Assembly: GCA_965242865.1 (NCBI GenBank)
Contig: CBDETK010000013.1
Coordinates: forward strand, 128,001 to 192,000
Reading direction: 5' to 3'
Source: Candidatus Latescibacterota bacterium
GTDB lineage: Bacteria > Latescibacterota > UBA2968 > UBA8231
DNA: 64,000 bases
Positions 19,347-28,471 of this stretch are shown here, in pieces. The position numbers and the translations under genes were made by a program. The stretch's first letter is position 1, and every line of letters starts with the position of its first letter. The notes under the pieces are model-generated. The model did no database searches and had not been told where the DNA came from. It saw only the letters and a program-made list of their open reading frames with translations.

Positions 19347-19502
19347 GGCGGGAGAGGGCCTTGCCGCGATAGGCGGACGAAGCCTCTTTTTCTTTAGGCC
19401 AGTCGTCCAAACATTGATTTTAGGCATTTGTGCTCCGTAGCTTTTAGGCAAAGCGAACGATTGCACGACACCATACAAGCCCTTTTGCGCCGCCAACCAA
19501 CC

Positions 19503-20417
19503 ATGTCCACGGCCCACATCGCCCGCGCCCTTGCCGCAATGGACGAGCCCTTTGTGCGCTACAAGATCCGCCTCAACGTCTCGGCCCGCCCGCCCAGCGA
19601 GCGCGAGGTTCGCATTCTCCGCGACGAGATCCGCGAGTCGGTTTTGGTTCGCACCCTCTTGGCCGAGTTGGACGCTGCGGGCCGCATCCCCCTCCCCCCG
19701 AGCCACCGCTGGCGCGGTGCCCATTGGGTGCTCTACATGCTGGCCGACCTAGGCTCCGCGCCCCGCGACGAGAGCCTCTGGGCCTTGCGCGACCAAGCGT
19801 GCGAGTGGCTTTTGGACCCCAATCGCTCCGAGCCGGTCTGCGGCGCGATCGAGGGCAATGCGCTGTATTACTTGCTCTTCCTCGTGCTCGACGATGGCCG
19901 CGCCGACGCCTTGGCTCAGCGCCTCGTAGGCCGCTTGCCCAAGGCATTGGGCCGCAGTCCCGCGGCCTTCGGCCACGTGCTCACGGCCCTGCGCGGGCTC
20001 GGGCTGTACGCTCGCCTCCGTGCGGACCGAGCTTCCGCCGAGGCCGCCGCCCGCCTCGCCGAGCACGTGCTCGCCCACCGCCTCTACCAAAAGCCCGATG
20101 GCCGTCCCTTGAGCGCGGGCTGCGCCTCCTTGCACTATCCCTGCTACGAGCACTGCGACTTCCTCTTCGGCCTCAAAGTTATGGCCGAAGCCGGCCAGCT
20201 CGCCGACGTGCGGTGCCGCGCCGCGCTCGACCTGCTCAAGTCGAAACAACTCGCCGACGGCACATTCCCAGCCGAGCGCAAACACTACCGAGTCGGGCGC
20301 GTCGGCAAGGGCGACGACTCACTCGTCGATTGGGGGCGGCCCAACCGCAGCCGCCCCAACCTCCACGTCACCTGCGCCGCGCTCGGCGTGCTTCACGCTG
20401 CGGGCGAGCGGTTTTGA
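19503..20417 (+). CDS. Hypothetical alpha/alpha-barrel (prenyltransferase/terpenoid cyclase-like) protein
   Basis: 'WRGAHWVL..LADLG', 'LHYPCY..D.LFGLKVMAEAG', 'ALDLLKSKQL.DG.FPAE'. Confidence 0.6.
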   Translation: MSTAHIARALAAMDEPFVRYKIRLNVSARPPSEREVRILRDEIRESVLVRTLLAELDAAGRIPLPPSHRWRGAHWVLYMLADLGSAPRDESLWALRDQACEWLLDPNRSEPVCGAIEGNALYYLLFLVLDDGRADALAQRLVGRLPKALGRSPAAFGHVLTALRGLGLYARLRADRASAEAAARLAEHVLAHRLYQKPDGRPLSAGCASLHYPCYEHCDFLFGLKVMAEAGQLADVRCRAALDLLKSKQLADGTFPAERKHYRVGRVGKGDDSLVDWGRPNRSRPNLHVTCAALGVLHAAGERF

Positions 20418-20473
20418 GCACCGGCGCAAAATGCCGATATTGTGCATATTCGCCGCTTCACTGGGTAGCTGCC

Positions 20474-21430
20474 ATGCGCTCTCTGCTGTTGTTCCTCGCC
20501 CTCGCTCTTGCGGGCTGCTACGCGGCCTCGCTCGCGCCCGATCCCTTGGGCCCTTTTGTGGCCCGCACCGATCACCTCCACCGTCTAGAGCCGCTCGGGG
20601 AGCGCGTATTGCACGGGGCCGCGCTCAGCTTTGGGCCGCTGGCCCCCGAAGAGCAGCCGCGCCCGCTCGTCTATGCTGTGTACTATGAACTTCACGACCT
20701 GCCCTACGACTGGCATCTGACGTTGCTCGCGCATCTGGACCAGCACACCGGCTACGGTATTCCGCAAATCGACCTCGGTTTCAACGCGGCCGGCCAGCCC
20801 TACGAGGCGGCCATTGCCGCCGGCCAGCTCGACGCGGCGATTGAGCGGCTCTGCTGGGGGTTGCAGCAGCTAGGCCGCCCGGTTCTGTTGCGGTTGGGCT
20901 ATGCGTTCAACAGCTCTTGGAGCGACTACGAGGCGACGAGCTACGTCGAGGCTTGGCAGCGGCTGGCGCAAACGCTGCGCGGGCGCTGGGGCTTGGACCA
21001 TGTCGCGCTGATCTGGACGTACAAGGCCGACGGTGCGCCCGATTACTGGGCGTACTATCCGGGGGATGAGTACGTCGATTGGTGGTCCATTGACGTGACC
21101 GCGCCGCACAACCTGCGCCGCAGCCGCGCCTTTATCGAGGCGGCGCAGGAGCGCGGCTACCCGGTGCTCGTCGGCGTGGTCACGCCAACTACCACGGACC
21201 TGAGCCGGGCCGAGCAGGCGTGGCCCCATTGGTTCGTCCCCTTCCTCCGCTTCTTGCGCCACCATCCCAACATCAAGGCATTTACGTACATAGATTGGGA
21301 CTGGTCACAGGCGCAGCGCCTTGTCGATCCCGTGCTTTTTGCCCGTTACCGCAGCGAGTTGGCGCACCCGATTTACCAACACGCGGCCTCGCCCGCTGAG
21401 TTGCGCTGGCACTTAAACGTCAATCCCTAG
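20474..21430 (+). CDS. GH26-like glycoside hydrolase fold lipoprotein lacking the catalytic glutamates
   Basis: Lipobox 'LAGC'; 'RPVLLRLGYAFN', 'YYPGDEYVDWWSID', 'PVLVGVVTP', 'IKAFTYIDWDW'. Confidence 0.75.
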   Translation: MRSLLLFLALALAGCYAASLAPDPLGPFVARTDHLHRLEPLGERVLHGAALSFGPLAPEEQPRPLVYAVYYELHDLPYDWHLTLLAHLDQHTGYGIPQIDLGFNAAGQPYEAAIAAGQLDAAIERLCWGLQQLGRPVLLRLGYAFNSSWSDYEATSYVEAWQRLAQTLRGRWGLDHVALIWTYKADGAPDYWAYYPGDEYVDWWSIDVTAPHNLRRSRAFIEAAQERGYPVLVGVVTPTTTDLSRAEQAWPHWFVPFLRFLRHHPNIKAFTYIDWDWSQAQRLVDPVLFARYRSELAHPIYQHAASPAELRWHLNVNP

Positions 21431-21442
21431 CCTAGAGAAAGG

Positions 21443-22330
21443 ATGCACCCGATGGATAAAGTCGATGTTCACGTTCACGTTTTTGACCGGCCGAGCGAGC
21501 GGTTCCCCCGCGAGTTGAGCGGCCTCGCCCCGGCCGACCGCGCCTGCCCGATAGAGGCACTCATCGCCGACATGGATGCTTCGGGCATTGACCGCGCCGT
21601 GCTAATCGAAATGAACGGCACCCAAATTGAGCAACACGCTTACGTCACCCATTGCGTGCAGACGTGGCCCGAGCGGTTTACGGCGACCGGCCTGATCGAT
21701 GCGAACGATCCCGACCCGCCCGCTCGGCTGCGCGAACTCGTCGCGGCCACCGGCATTGAGGGGATTCGGCTGGGGGCGTTGGGCGCCCCGGCCGCCCAGC
21801 GGGCCGAGGACTTGGCGACGTACGCGCTCTTTGCGTGTGCCGACGAGCTGGGGCTCAACATCAACATCTACACCGGCGGAGCCCAGTTCCCCTGCATCGC
21901 ATTGCTGGCCGCCGCTTTTCCCGGCGTGAACATTTCCCTCGACCATCTCGGCGTAATGCCAACCACGTCCGGCGGGCCGGATCGGTGGGGCCGCCCCCGC
22001 TTTGATGCCGAGCCGCTGCCACCGGCCAACTACCCGCAAGTGCTGGCACTCGCTCGGTTTCCCAACGTCTATGTCAAAATCTCCGGGGAGTACGCGTTTT
22101 CCAAGCAGCCTTGGCCCTACGCGGACATGCGGCCCATGGTCGAGGATGTGTATCGGGCCTACGGCGCAGACCGCATGATGTGGTGTACGGATTCGCCGTG
22201 GATTGAGGTCGAGCCGGGCTACCAGAAACTGGTGGATTTACTCGACTGTCACCTGCCAGATATTTCCGCCGCGGAAAAAGAGATGATTATGGGCGGGACA
22301 GCACTCAAGCTGTGGTTTAAGGGACGCTAG
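21443..22330 (+). CDS. Amidohydrolase family protein (Amidohydro_2)
   Basis: 'DVHVH', 'LDHLG', 'NVYVKISG', 'RMMWCTDSP'. Confidence 0.88.
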   Translation: MHPMDKVDVHVHVFDRPSERFPRELSGLAPADRACPIEALIADMDASGIDRAVLIEMNGTQIEQHAYVTHCVQTWPERFTATGLIDANDPDPPARLRELVAATGIEGIRLGALGAPAAQRAEDLATYALFACADELGLNINIYTGGAQFPCIALLAAAFPGVNISLDHLGVMPTTSGGPDRWGRPRFDAEPLPPANYPQVLALARFPNVYVKISGEYAFSKQPWPYADMRPMVEDVYRAYGADRMMWCTDSPWIEVEPGYQKLVDLLDCHLPDISAAEKEMIMGGTALKLWFKGR

Positions 22331-22414
22331 GGGTCGTCCTACGTGAGTCGAGTGAAGGCAACGGACAATTTGATAGAAGTGGATTTTATTGAAAAACCCA
22401 TCCCAACCCTCAAT

Positions 22415-23587
22415 ATGTCCCTACTCTACTACTTGCCGATTCTAGCCCTCGTCGCCTGTCAGGACTCCCCCAGCGACCCCCAACCGCTGCCCCAAGGCCC
22501 TTATGCCGCGGCCATAGCAGCCGCGAAACGCGCCGTAGAACGCGATCCGACCTCTGCGGTAGCCCACCGCAACTTGGCGGACGCGTACACCCGCGACACC
22601 AAGCTGCCCCAAGCCCTAGCAGCCTATCAACAGGCCATCGCCCTGCAACCCAATTACGCCAAGGCGCAGACCGAACTGGCCATTGTGCTGACCCGCCTCA
22701 ATCGCCACGCCGAGGCCCTCGCCCTGTTAGAGGAGGTCACGCGCACGACCCCGGATTACGCTTGGGCCCAGATGGCACTCGGGCTGCTGTACTTTCGCCA
22801 AGCCCAGTACGAGCAGGCCGTTGCCGCATATAGCCGCGCCGTCGCCCTGCAAGACGACTACGGCGAAGCATGGTACAACCTCGGCGAGGCCCAGCTCAAG
22901 CTCAACGACTCCGCCGCGGCCGAAGCGGCCTATACCCGCGCACTAGCCGCGGATTCGACGGTGGCCAAGTACCGCTACGGCCTCGGCACAGCCTTGTACA
23001 AGCGCCGTGCGTACGCCGCGGCCATCGTTGAATTGCAGCGCGCCGTGTCCTTGGACTCGCTCTTTGCGCCGGCCCGCTTCCACCTCGGCAATGCCCTGTT
23101 GCGCCGTGGCCAGCCGGAAGAGGGCCGCCGCCAACTGGCTCTGTACCGCGAACTGGAACAGCAGGAAAAGCTCCTCGTCGGCCTGCGTACCACCCTGTTC
23201 CACACGCCCGACAAGGCCGAGCTGTACCACAAGATAGGCGCACTATACGGCCAGCGCGGACAATACGAAGAAGCGCGCCGGTACTATATACAGGCCCTCG
23301 ACCGCGACCCCAATTTCGCGCCCTCGTACCACAACTTAGGCAATCTATACTTGCGCCGCGGCCAAGTGGCCGAGGCCGCGGCCCTGTTCCGCACGGCCCT
23401 GCGTGCGGACTCCACTTATGTGCTCGCGCATCTCGCGCTCGGCAATGTCCTGATGATGGAAAAGGCATTTGCCCAAGCATTGGCGAGCTATCAGCGGGGC
23501 TTGCGCTTTGCGCCGGACGACGCTCGCTTACAGCGCGGCGCGGCCCTCGCCCGCAAGTTCGGCGGCACCGGCCAAACGCCGGACTAA
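22415..23587 (+). CDS. Tetratricopeptide repeat lipoprotein
   Basis: Lipobox 'LVAC'; many TPR units ('AWYNLG', 'YHNLGNLY'). Confidence 0.88.
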   Translation: MSLLYYLPILALVACQDSPSDPQPLPQGPYAAAIAAAKRAVERDPTSAVAHRNLADAYTRDTKLPQALAAYQQAIALQPNYAKAQTELAIVLTRLNRHAEALALLEEVTRTTPDYAWAQMALGLLYFRQAQYEQAVAAYSRAVALQDDYGEAWYNLGEAQLKLNDSAAAEAAYTRALAADSTVAKYRYGLGTALYKRRAYAAAIVELQRAVSLDSLFAPARFHLGNALLRRGQPEEGRRQLALYRELEQQEKLLVGLRTTLFHTPDKAELYHKIGALYGQRGQYEEARRYYIQALDRDPNFAPSYHNLGNLYLRRGQVAEAAALFRTALRADSTYVLAHLALGNVLMMEKAFAQALASYQRGLRFAPDDARLQRGAALARKFGGTGQTPD

Positions 23588-23589
23588 CC

Positions 23590-25233
23590 ATGGCCCTGCT
23601 ATTCCTCGCCTTGGTCGCGGCCAGCGTCAGTGCCCAGTCCGCCCCGCACTTCGTTGAGGTGACCCGCGCCGCCGGCCTTGACTTCCGCTATGTAAACGGC
23701 GCGAGCGGCCGCAAGTACCTGCCAGAGGCCATCGGCTCGGGCGCGGCGTTCTTCGACGCCGATGGCGATGGCTTCCTCGACCTGTACATCGTCAATGGCA
23801 CGGCTCTGCCCGGCTATGACGGCCCGCCCGGCACCAATGCCCACTACCGCAACGAGGGCGACGGCACCTTCGCGGATGTCACCGAGGCGGCGCGCACCGG
23901 CCATGCGGGGTACGGCATGGGGGCCGCGGTCGGCGACGTGGATAACGACGGTCGCCCCGACTTGTACGTGACCAACTACGGCCCCAACGTCCTCTATCAC
24001 AACCGGGGCCAAGGCCGCGCCTTTGCCGATGTGACGGCTCGGACCGGCCTCGATGACCCGGGTTGGGGCACCCACGCGGCCTTTGCCGATTACGACCGCG
24101 ATGGCGACTTAGATCTCTACGTAGCCAATTACATGGAGTTCGATTTGGGCGCGAACAAGGCGTGCTTTACGGGCGCGGCGCGCTCTATCTGCGGCCCCCT
24201 CGCATACCCCGGCCAGTCTGGCGTGCTCTATCGCAACGATGGCGGGCTCGCGTTTGGCAATGCGACGGTCGCGGCCGGCTTGTCCAACGACGAGGGCCGG
24301 CAACTCGCTGCGGTGTTTGGCGACTGCGACGACGACGGCGACCCCGACCTGTTCATCGCCAACGACCGACAGCCCAATTTCCTCTTCCTCAACAACGGCG
24401 ACGGCACCTTTGCGGAGCACGGCATCCTCGCCGGGGTGGCGTACAACGAGGAAGGGCGCGCTGAGTCCGCTATGGGCGCGGATTTTGGCGACTACGACAA
24501 CGACGGCCGGCTCGACATTATCCTCGCCACCTTCCAGTGGCTGCCCAACACGCTCTATCACAACGACGGCGGGGGCTTTTTTAGCGACCTGACGTTTGCC
24601 GCCCAGCTCGGCGCGCCGAGTGTGCCCTACTTGGGCATGGCCGCGGTCTTTTTTGACTGCGACAACGACGGCTTCCTCGACGTCTTTGTCACCAACGGCC
24701 ACCTCGATGAAAACGTGCGCGAATTTGACCCGGACACGACCTATCCTCAGCAAAACCAACTGTTCCGCAATCGGGGCGATGGCACCTTTGCCGATGTGAG
24801 CAACGACAGCGGGCCGGGCCTGCGCGTTGAGCGCGTCAGCCACGGCGCTGCTTTGGGCGATTACGACAACGACGGCGACATCGACCTCTTCGTCTCGGAT
24901 TCGGACGCGCCCCACTGCACCTTGTTGCGCAACGACCCCAGCGGTCGCAACAACTATCTGACGGTTGAGGCCATCGGCCGCCACAGCAGTCGCGACGGGA
25001 TCGGGGCCAAAATCCGCGCTGTGGCAGGGGGCCTCGTGCAAAAGCGCGAAATTCGCCGCAGTTACGGATACATGGGCAGCAGCGATGTGCGCTTGATCCT
25101 CGGCTTGGGCCGCCATGCCCAAGTAGATTCACTGCAAATTTTTTGGCCCCGCGGCGCGGTCCAGACCCTCTTAAACGTCGCAGCCAATCAGCACCTTGTC
25201 ATTGAAGAAGCCGAGAACAGCCATCCTAAATGA
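23590..25233 (+). CDS. CRTAC1 family protein (FG-GAP/VCBS repeats + ASPIC/UnbV)
   Basis: Repeated DxDxDG motifs; C-terminal 'SSRDGIGAKI...GLG...I.WP.G..Q'. Confidence 0.92.
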   Translation: MALLFLALVAASVSAQSAPHFVEVTRAAGLDFRYVNGASGRKYLPEAIGSGAAFFDADGDGFLDLYIVNGTALPGYDGPPGTNAHYRNEGDGTFADVTEAARTGHAGYGMGAAVGDVDNDGRPDLYVTNYGPNVLYHNRGQGRAFADVTARTGLDDPGWGTHAAFADYDRDGDLDLYVANYMEFDLGANKACFTGAARSICGPLAYPGQSGVLYRNDGGLAFGNATVAAGLSNDEGRQLAAVFGDCDDDGDPDLFIANDRQPNFLFLNNGDGTFAEHGILAGVAYNEEGRAESAMGADFGDYDNDGRLDIILATFQWLPNTLYHNDGGGFFSDLTFAAQLGAPSVPYLGMAAVFFDCDNDGFLDVFVTNGHLDENVREFDPDTTYPQQNQLFRNRGDGTFADVSNDSGPGLRVERVSHGAALGDYDNDGDIDLFVSDSDAPHCTLLRNDPSGRNNYLTVEAIGRHSSRDGIGAKIRAVAGGLVQKREIRRSYGYMGSSDVRLILGLGRHAQVDSLQIFWPRGAVQTLLNVAANQHLVIEEAENSHPK

Positions 25234-25279
25234 CTCGAAAGAATGGAATGTTCATCGGCCCTGTTTTTTGCATAGAGGG

Positions 25280-25306
25280 GTCATTCCCGCACAAGCGGAA
25301 ATCCAG
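25280..25306. repeat. dRS3/REP-like palindrome
   Basis: gtcattcccgcacaagcggaaatccag, inverse of the copies at 3219-3245 and 49588-49613. Confidence 0.7.
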
Positions 25307-25386
25307 TCTTGAATGATGCAGAACTGCTATAAATGAGCGCAGCCAAGCATCTCATGCAGGCCTGCCAAACAACGGAGAACTGTCGC

Positions 25387-26730
25387 ATGAAGTTGAGAAC
25401 AATCGCCCTGCTCACGCTCGCGGCTTGTGGCACCGAACCGGAGCCGAGCTATGTCGCCCGCATTGGTGAAACCACCCTATCGCCGGAAGACTTTAGGGAG
25501 CGCGCCCAAAAGCTGCTGCAAACCGGCTACGAGCACCTCGAGGAGATCAATGCGGACGCCAAGCTGGAACTGCTCAACGGCGTGATCGCCCGCGCGTTGT
25601 TGGTGCGCGAAGGGCTGCGGCGCGGCCTCGACCGCGAGCCGAGCATTGCCCGCGCAGTTGAGCGCGCCGAGCAAAAGGCCGTGGTGGCCAAACTGTACGA
25701 GGAAGAGGCCCTGCGCGGCGAGTACACGTCAACCGAAGAGGAGCTGCGGGCTTTTGCCCAAGAACGCGAATACGATGTCGAGGTCTTGAGCCAGCACATT
25801 GTCTGCGCCACCGCGGAAGAGGCCGAGGAGGTGCTGGCGGCCCTGCGAGAGGACACTCCGTTTGAGGCACTGGTGCCCATTTATTCGACCGCGACCATCC
25901 AGCGGCGCTTTGGCCCGGCCGGTCGGTTGGGGTGGTTCAAGATGGGCGACATGTTGCCCGAGCTGAAGGAACCCCTGCGGACCATGGCCGCGGGGCAACT
26001 CTATCCCCGGCCCGTGAAGACCCAAATGGGCTTTCACGTCTTCCGGCTCGACGACCGGCGGCCCTTGGATTTTGCGACCCAACGCGCATGGATCGCAGAA
26101 AAAGCGCGGGTGCAAAAGCGGGCCGACGACATGGAGCAATACGTCCAGCACCTGCGCCGCGACTACGAGCTAACGGCCCACCCCGAGGCCATAGCAGCCT
26201 TGACCGCGCCCGCTGGCGAGGAGTGGGTGCTCTTTCGTTGGCGCGGTGGCCAACTGACCTCGGCCGCGTACTGGGCCGCCCTAGCCGCGAGCCACAGCCG
26301 GCTCGACAGCGCCGCTCGCTACAAGGCGGCCGAGAACTTGGCCGGGGTGCAGATTATGATGGCCGAGGCCCGCAAGTTGCAATACGACCGCGACCCCGCG
26401 GTGCGCACGCCGGTGGAGCGCCAGCGCGACGCGCTCATCGTCGATTGGCTCTACCGCACTGAGGGCCAAAAGGTGGCGCGCCAGCAGGCCATCACCGAAG
26501 AGACCATTCGCGCGTACTACGACGCCAACATTGAGTTGTTTACCCGCAGTGACGGCAAAGTGGCCGATCTATCCTTGGTCTATAACAGCATCGGCACCCT
26601 GCTGAGGCAGCAGGCGGCAACGCAGGCCATGGACGCCTTTATCGCACGGCTCCGCGAGCAATCCAGCGCGGATATTGAGATAAATACCGCTGCGCTGGCC
26701 GAAGTTGTTTTAGCACTCGACAGGCCGTAA
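25387..26730 (+). CDS. Parvulin-type peptidyl-prolyl isomerase lipoprotein (PrsA/SurA-like)
   Basis: Lipobox 'LAAC'; 'HIVC', 'GRLGWF', 'PVKTQMGFHVF'. Confidence 0.85.
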   Translation: MKLRTIALLTLAACGTEPEPSYVARIGETTLSPEDFRERAQKLLQTGYEHLEEINADAKLELLNGVIARALLVREGLRRGLDREPSIARAVERAEQKAVVAKLYEEEALRGEYTSTEEELRAFAQEREYDVEVLSQHIVCATAEEAEEVLAALREDTPFEALVPIYSTATIQRRFGPAGRLGWFKMGDMLPELKEPLRTMAAGQLYPRPVKTQMGFHVFRLDDRRPLDFATQRAWIAEKARVQKRADDMEQYVQHLRRDYELTAHPEAIAALTAPAGEEWVLFRWRGGQLTSAAYWAALAASHSRLDSAARYKAAENLAGVQIMMAEARKLQYDRDPAVRTPVERQRDALIVDWLYRTEGQKVARQQAITEETIRAYYDANIELFTRSDGKVADLSLVYNSIGTLLRQQAATQAMDAFIARLREQSSADIEINTAALAEVVLALDRP

Positions 26731-26743
26731 AGCTCGTGCCTTT

Positions 26744-26847
26744 CACTAATCCATCTTGTGCGGATAACTCCGCTCCCACCCCACCGCACCAAACTCTTCA
26801 TCGGACCGCAGCGAGCCGCTTTCGGAGGCGTACACCAAGTTGTAATC
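26744..26847 (-). pseudogene. Divergent copy of the sulfatase 3' tip (copy 1)
   Basis: Aligns ungapped with 33251-33354; about 12 substitutions by my count, includes the stop codon. Confidence 0.9.
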
Positions 26848-26908
26848 AGCGGCGCGACCGATCACAAAGAGTGCGGGCTGCACTACAATGTATGAGAGGA
26901 ATCGCGCA

Positions 26909-27259
26909 ATGACCCACGCCTTGGAATGGCGCTACCACCGCCCTGGCTGACAAAGTTGCAAGCGCGCCCGAGAGTTTCTCGTGCAAAACAACATCGCCGA
27001 CGGCGTCGTGCAGAGCGCGACCAAAGAACCGATCTCCGGCCCGGCTGCCCTCGCCCTGCTGGAAGGCGCGACCGAGCTGTTCGTCGCCCAAGGGCAGCGC
27101 GTCCTCCGTTTTGACCTGACGGCGCAACGGCCGGCGGACGAGGAGTTGCTCCAGCTTCTATTGGGGCGTTCTGGCAAGCTCCGGGCCCCCGCGCTCCGCT
27201 GGGGGACGCGTCTTGTCGTCGGGTACAACCAAGCGCTGCTGCCGCTGGCGTTGGGTTAG
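26909..27259 (+). CDS. ArsC-family (seleno)protein with UxxC motif (TGA 26948-26950 read as Sec)
   Basis: MTHALEWRYHRPG-TGA-QSCKRAREFL...'LLGRSGKLRAPALRWG..LVVGYN'; RBS gagagga; hairpin CGAGA-GTT-TCTCG 3' of the TGA. Confidence 0.8.
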
Positions 27260-27322
27260 ATGGAGAAAGGCATGTCGAGTTCGACCTTGACTTGCCGGAC
27301 CATTGTGGACGCCTTGAATTAG

Positions 27323-28471
27323 ATGGAGAAAGATATGTCAAATTCGACCTTGGAAAATGATGTCTCCCTCAAGGAGGAAGAGAGCGATGTTGAAGAAGAG
27401 AAGGAGGACCCACAAGAAAGAATTACAACTCCATTTAACCCTGAGCAGATCAAAATTCGCACCACCCACATCGTCGTTGAACAGCTTATATCGCGCATTA
27501 AGCACGAGGAAATCAACCTAGCACCGGATTTTCAACGACAGGCCGGTATCTGGAACAAAGAGCGCAAGAGCCGCCTCATCGAATCGCTGTTATTACGCAT
27601 TCCTCTCCCGGTATTCTATGTCGCCGCAGACGAGTCTGAAAAGTGGTCGGTCGTTGACGGCATTCAGCGCATGAAGACCATCTATGACTATGTGACGGGT
27701 AAGTTCCCTCTGAGACGACTTGAATATCTAACCAAACTCAACGAATGTATTCACGAAAAACTGCAGAGGCCGTTGCAGCGACGAATCAGTGAGACCCAAC
27801 TCATCGTCAAAGTCATAGAGTCAGGGACCTCACCGGATGTGCTGTTCAACATATTTCGACGTATCAATACAGGTGGCATGACGTTGAACGGACAAGAGAT
27901 ACGCCATGCACTGAATCCTGGTCCTGTTCGGGGCTATTTGAAGGAACTCGCCGAATCCGACGAGTTCAAAAAAGCCACGGACGGTAGAATCAGCCCATTA
28001 CGGATGGTTGATCGGGAGTTCGTACTGCGATTCCTCGCTTTTCATATCATGCCGTGGGAAGAATACTCCTCCAGCGACCTCAATGGCCACCTTGTAAGCA
28101 CAATGAAGAAAATCAACCGCATGAGTGAGCGTGAACGCAACAACTTCGCTACTGATTTCAGGCGAGCAATGTTAGCGGCATTCGATGTATTCGGTGAGCA
28201 TACATTCCGCAAACCACCTAACACACCTGACGACCGCCGACCTCCAATTAATAAGGGTATTTTTGAGGCGTGGAGCGTTCAGTTTGCACGTTGTTCGCCA
28301 GAGCAAATAAGCGCACTTGTCGAGCAGCGGAATGAAGTCCAATGTCGTTTCAAAAAACTGGTGGCAGAAGATAGTGCCCTTCTAAAATCCATCTCCTATT
28401 CGACTGGATCGCCACAGCACGTACAGAAGCGATTCCAAGCAATTAAGCAACTTGTCAAGGAGTTCGTCTGA
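27323..28471 (+). CDS. DUF262 (ParB/GmrS-like) protein; Menshen NsnA-like
   Basis: 'PDFQR..IW', 'LIESLLLRIPLP', 'VVDGIQR', 'IFRRINTGG..L..QEIRHA'; lower GC. Confidence 0.88.
   Translation: MEKDMSNSTLENDVSLKEEESDVEEEKEDPQERITTPFNPEQIKIRTTHIVVEQLISRIKHEEINLAPDFQRQAGIWNKERKSRLIESLLLRIPLPVFYVAADESEKWSVVDGIQRMKTIYDYVTGKFPLRRLEYLTKLNECIHEKLQRPLQRRISETQLIVKVIESGTSPDVLFNIFRRINTGGMTLNGQEIRHALNPGPVRGYLKELAESDEFKKATDGRISPLRMVDREFVLRFLAFHIMPWEEYSSSDLNGHLVSTMKKINRMSERERNNFATDFRRAMLAAFDVFGEHTFRKPPNTPDDRRPPINKGIFEAWSVQFARCSPEQISALVEQRNEVQCRFKKLVAEDSALLKSISYSTGSPQHVQKRFQAIKQLVKEFV

Noticed and set aside
19393-19449. Three tttaggc heptamers
   Set aside because: Short and unevenly spaced (26 and 24 bp); too weak to call an operator
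19724-20473. N-terminal 250 aa of the 568-aa ORF
   Set aside because: Arg-rich off-frame overlap with the upstream gene; the real start is the signal peptide at 20474
24109-25122. Long antisense/alternate-frame ORFs (also 3338-4360, 15139-16095, 52654-53745, 61015-62151)
   Set aside because: Shadows of real genes in GC-rich DNA with no recognisable motifs
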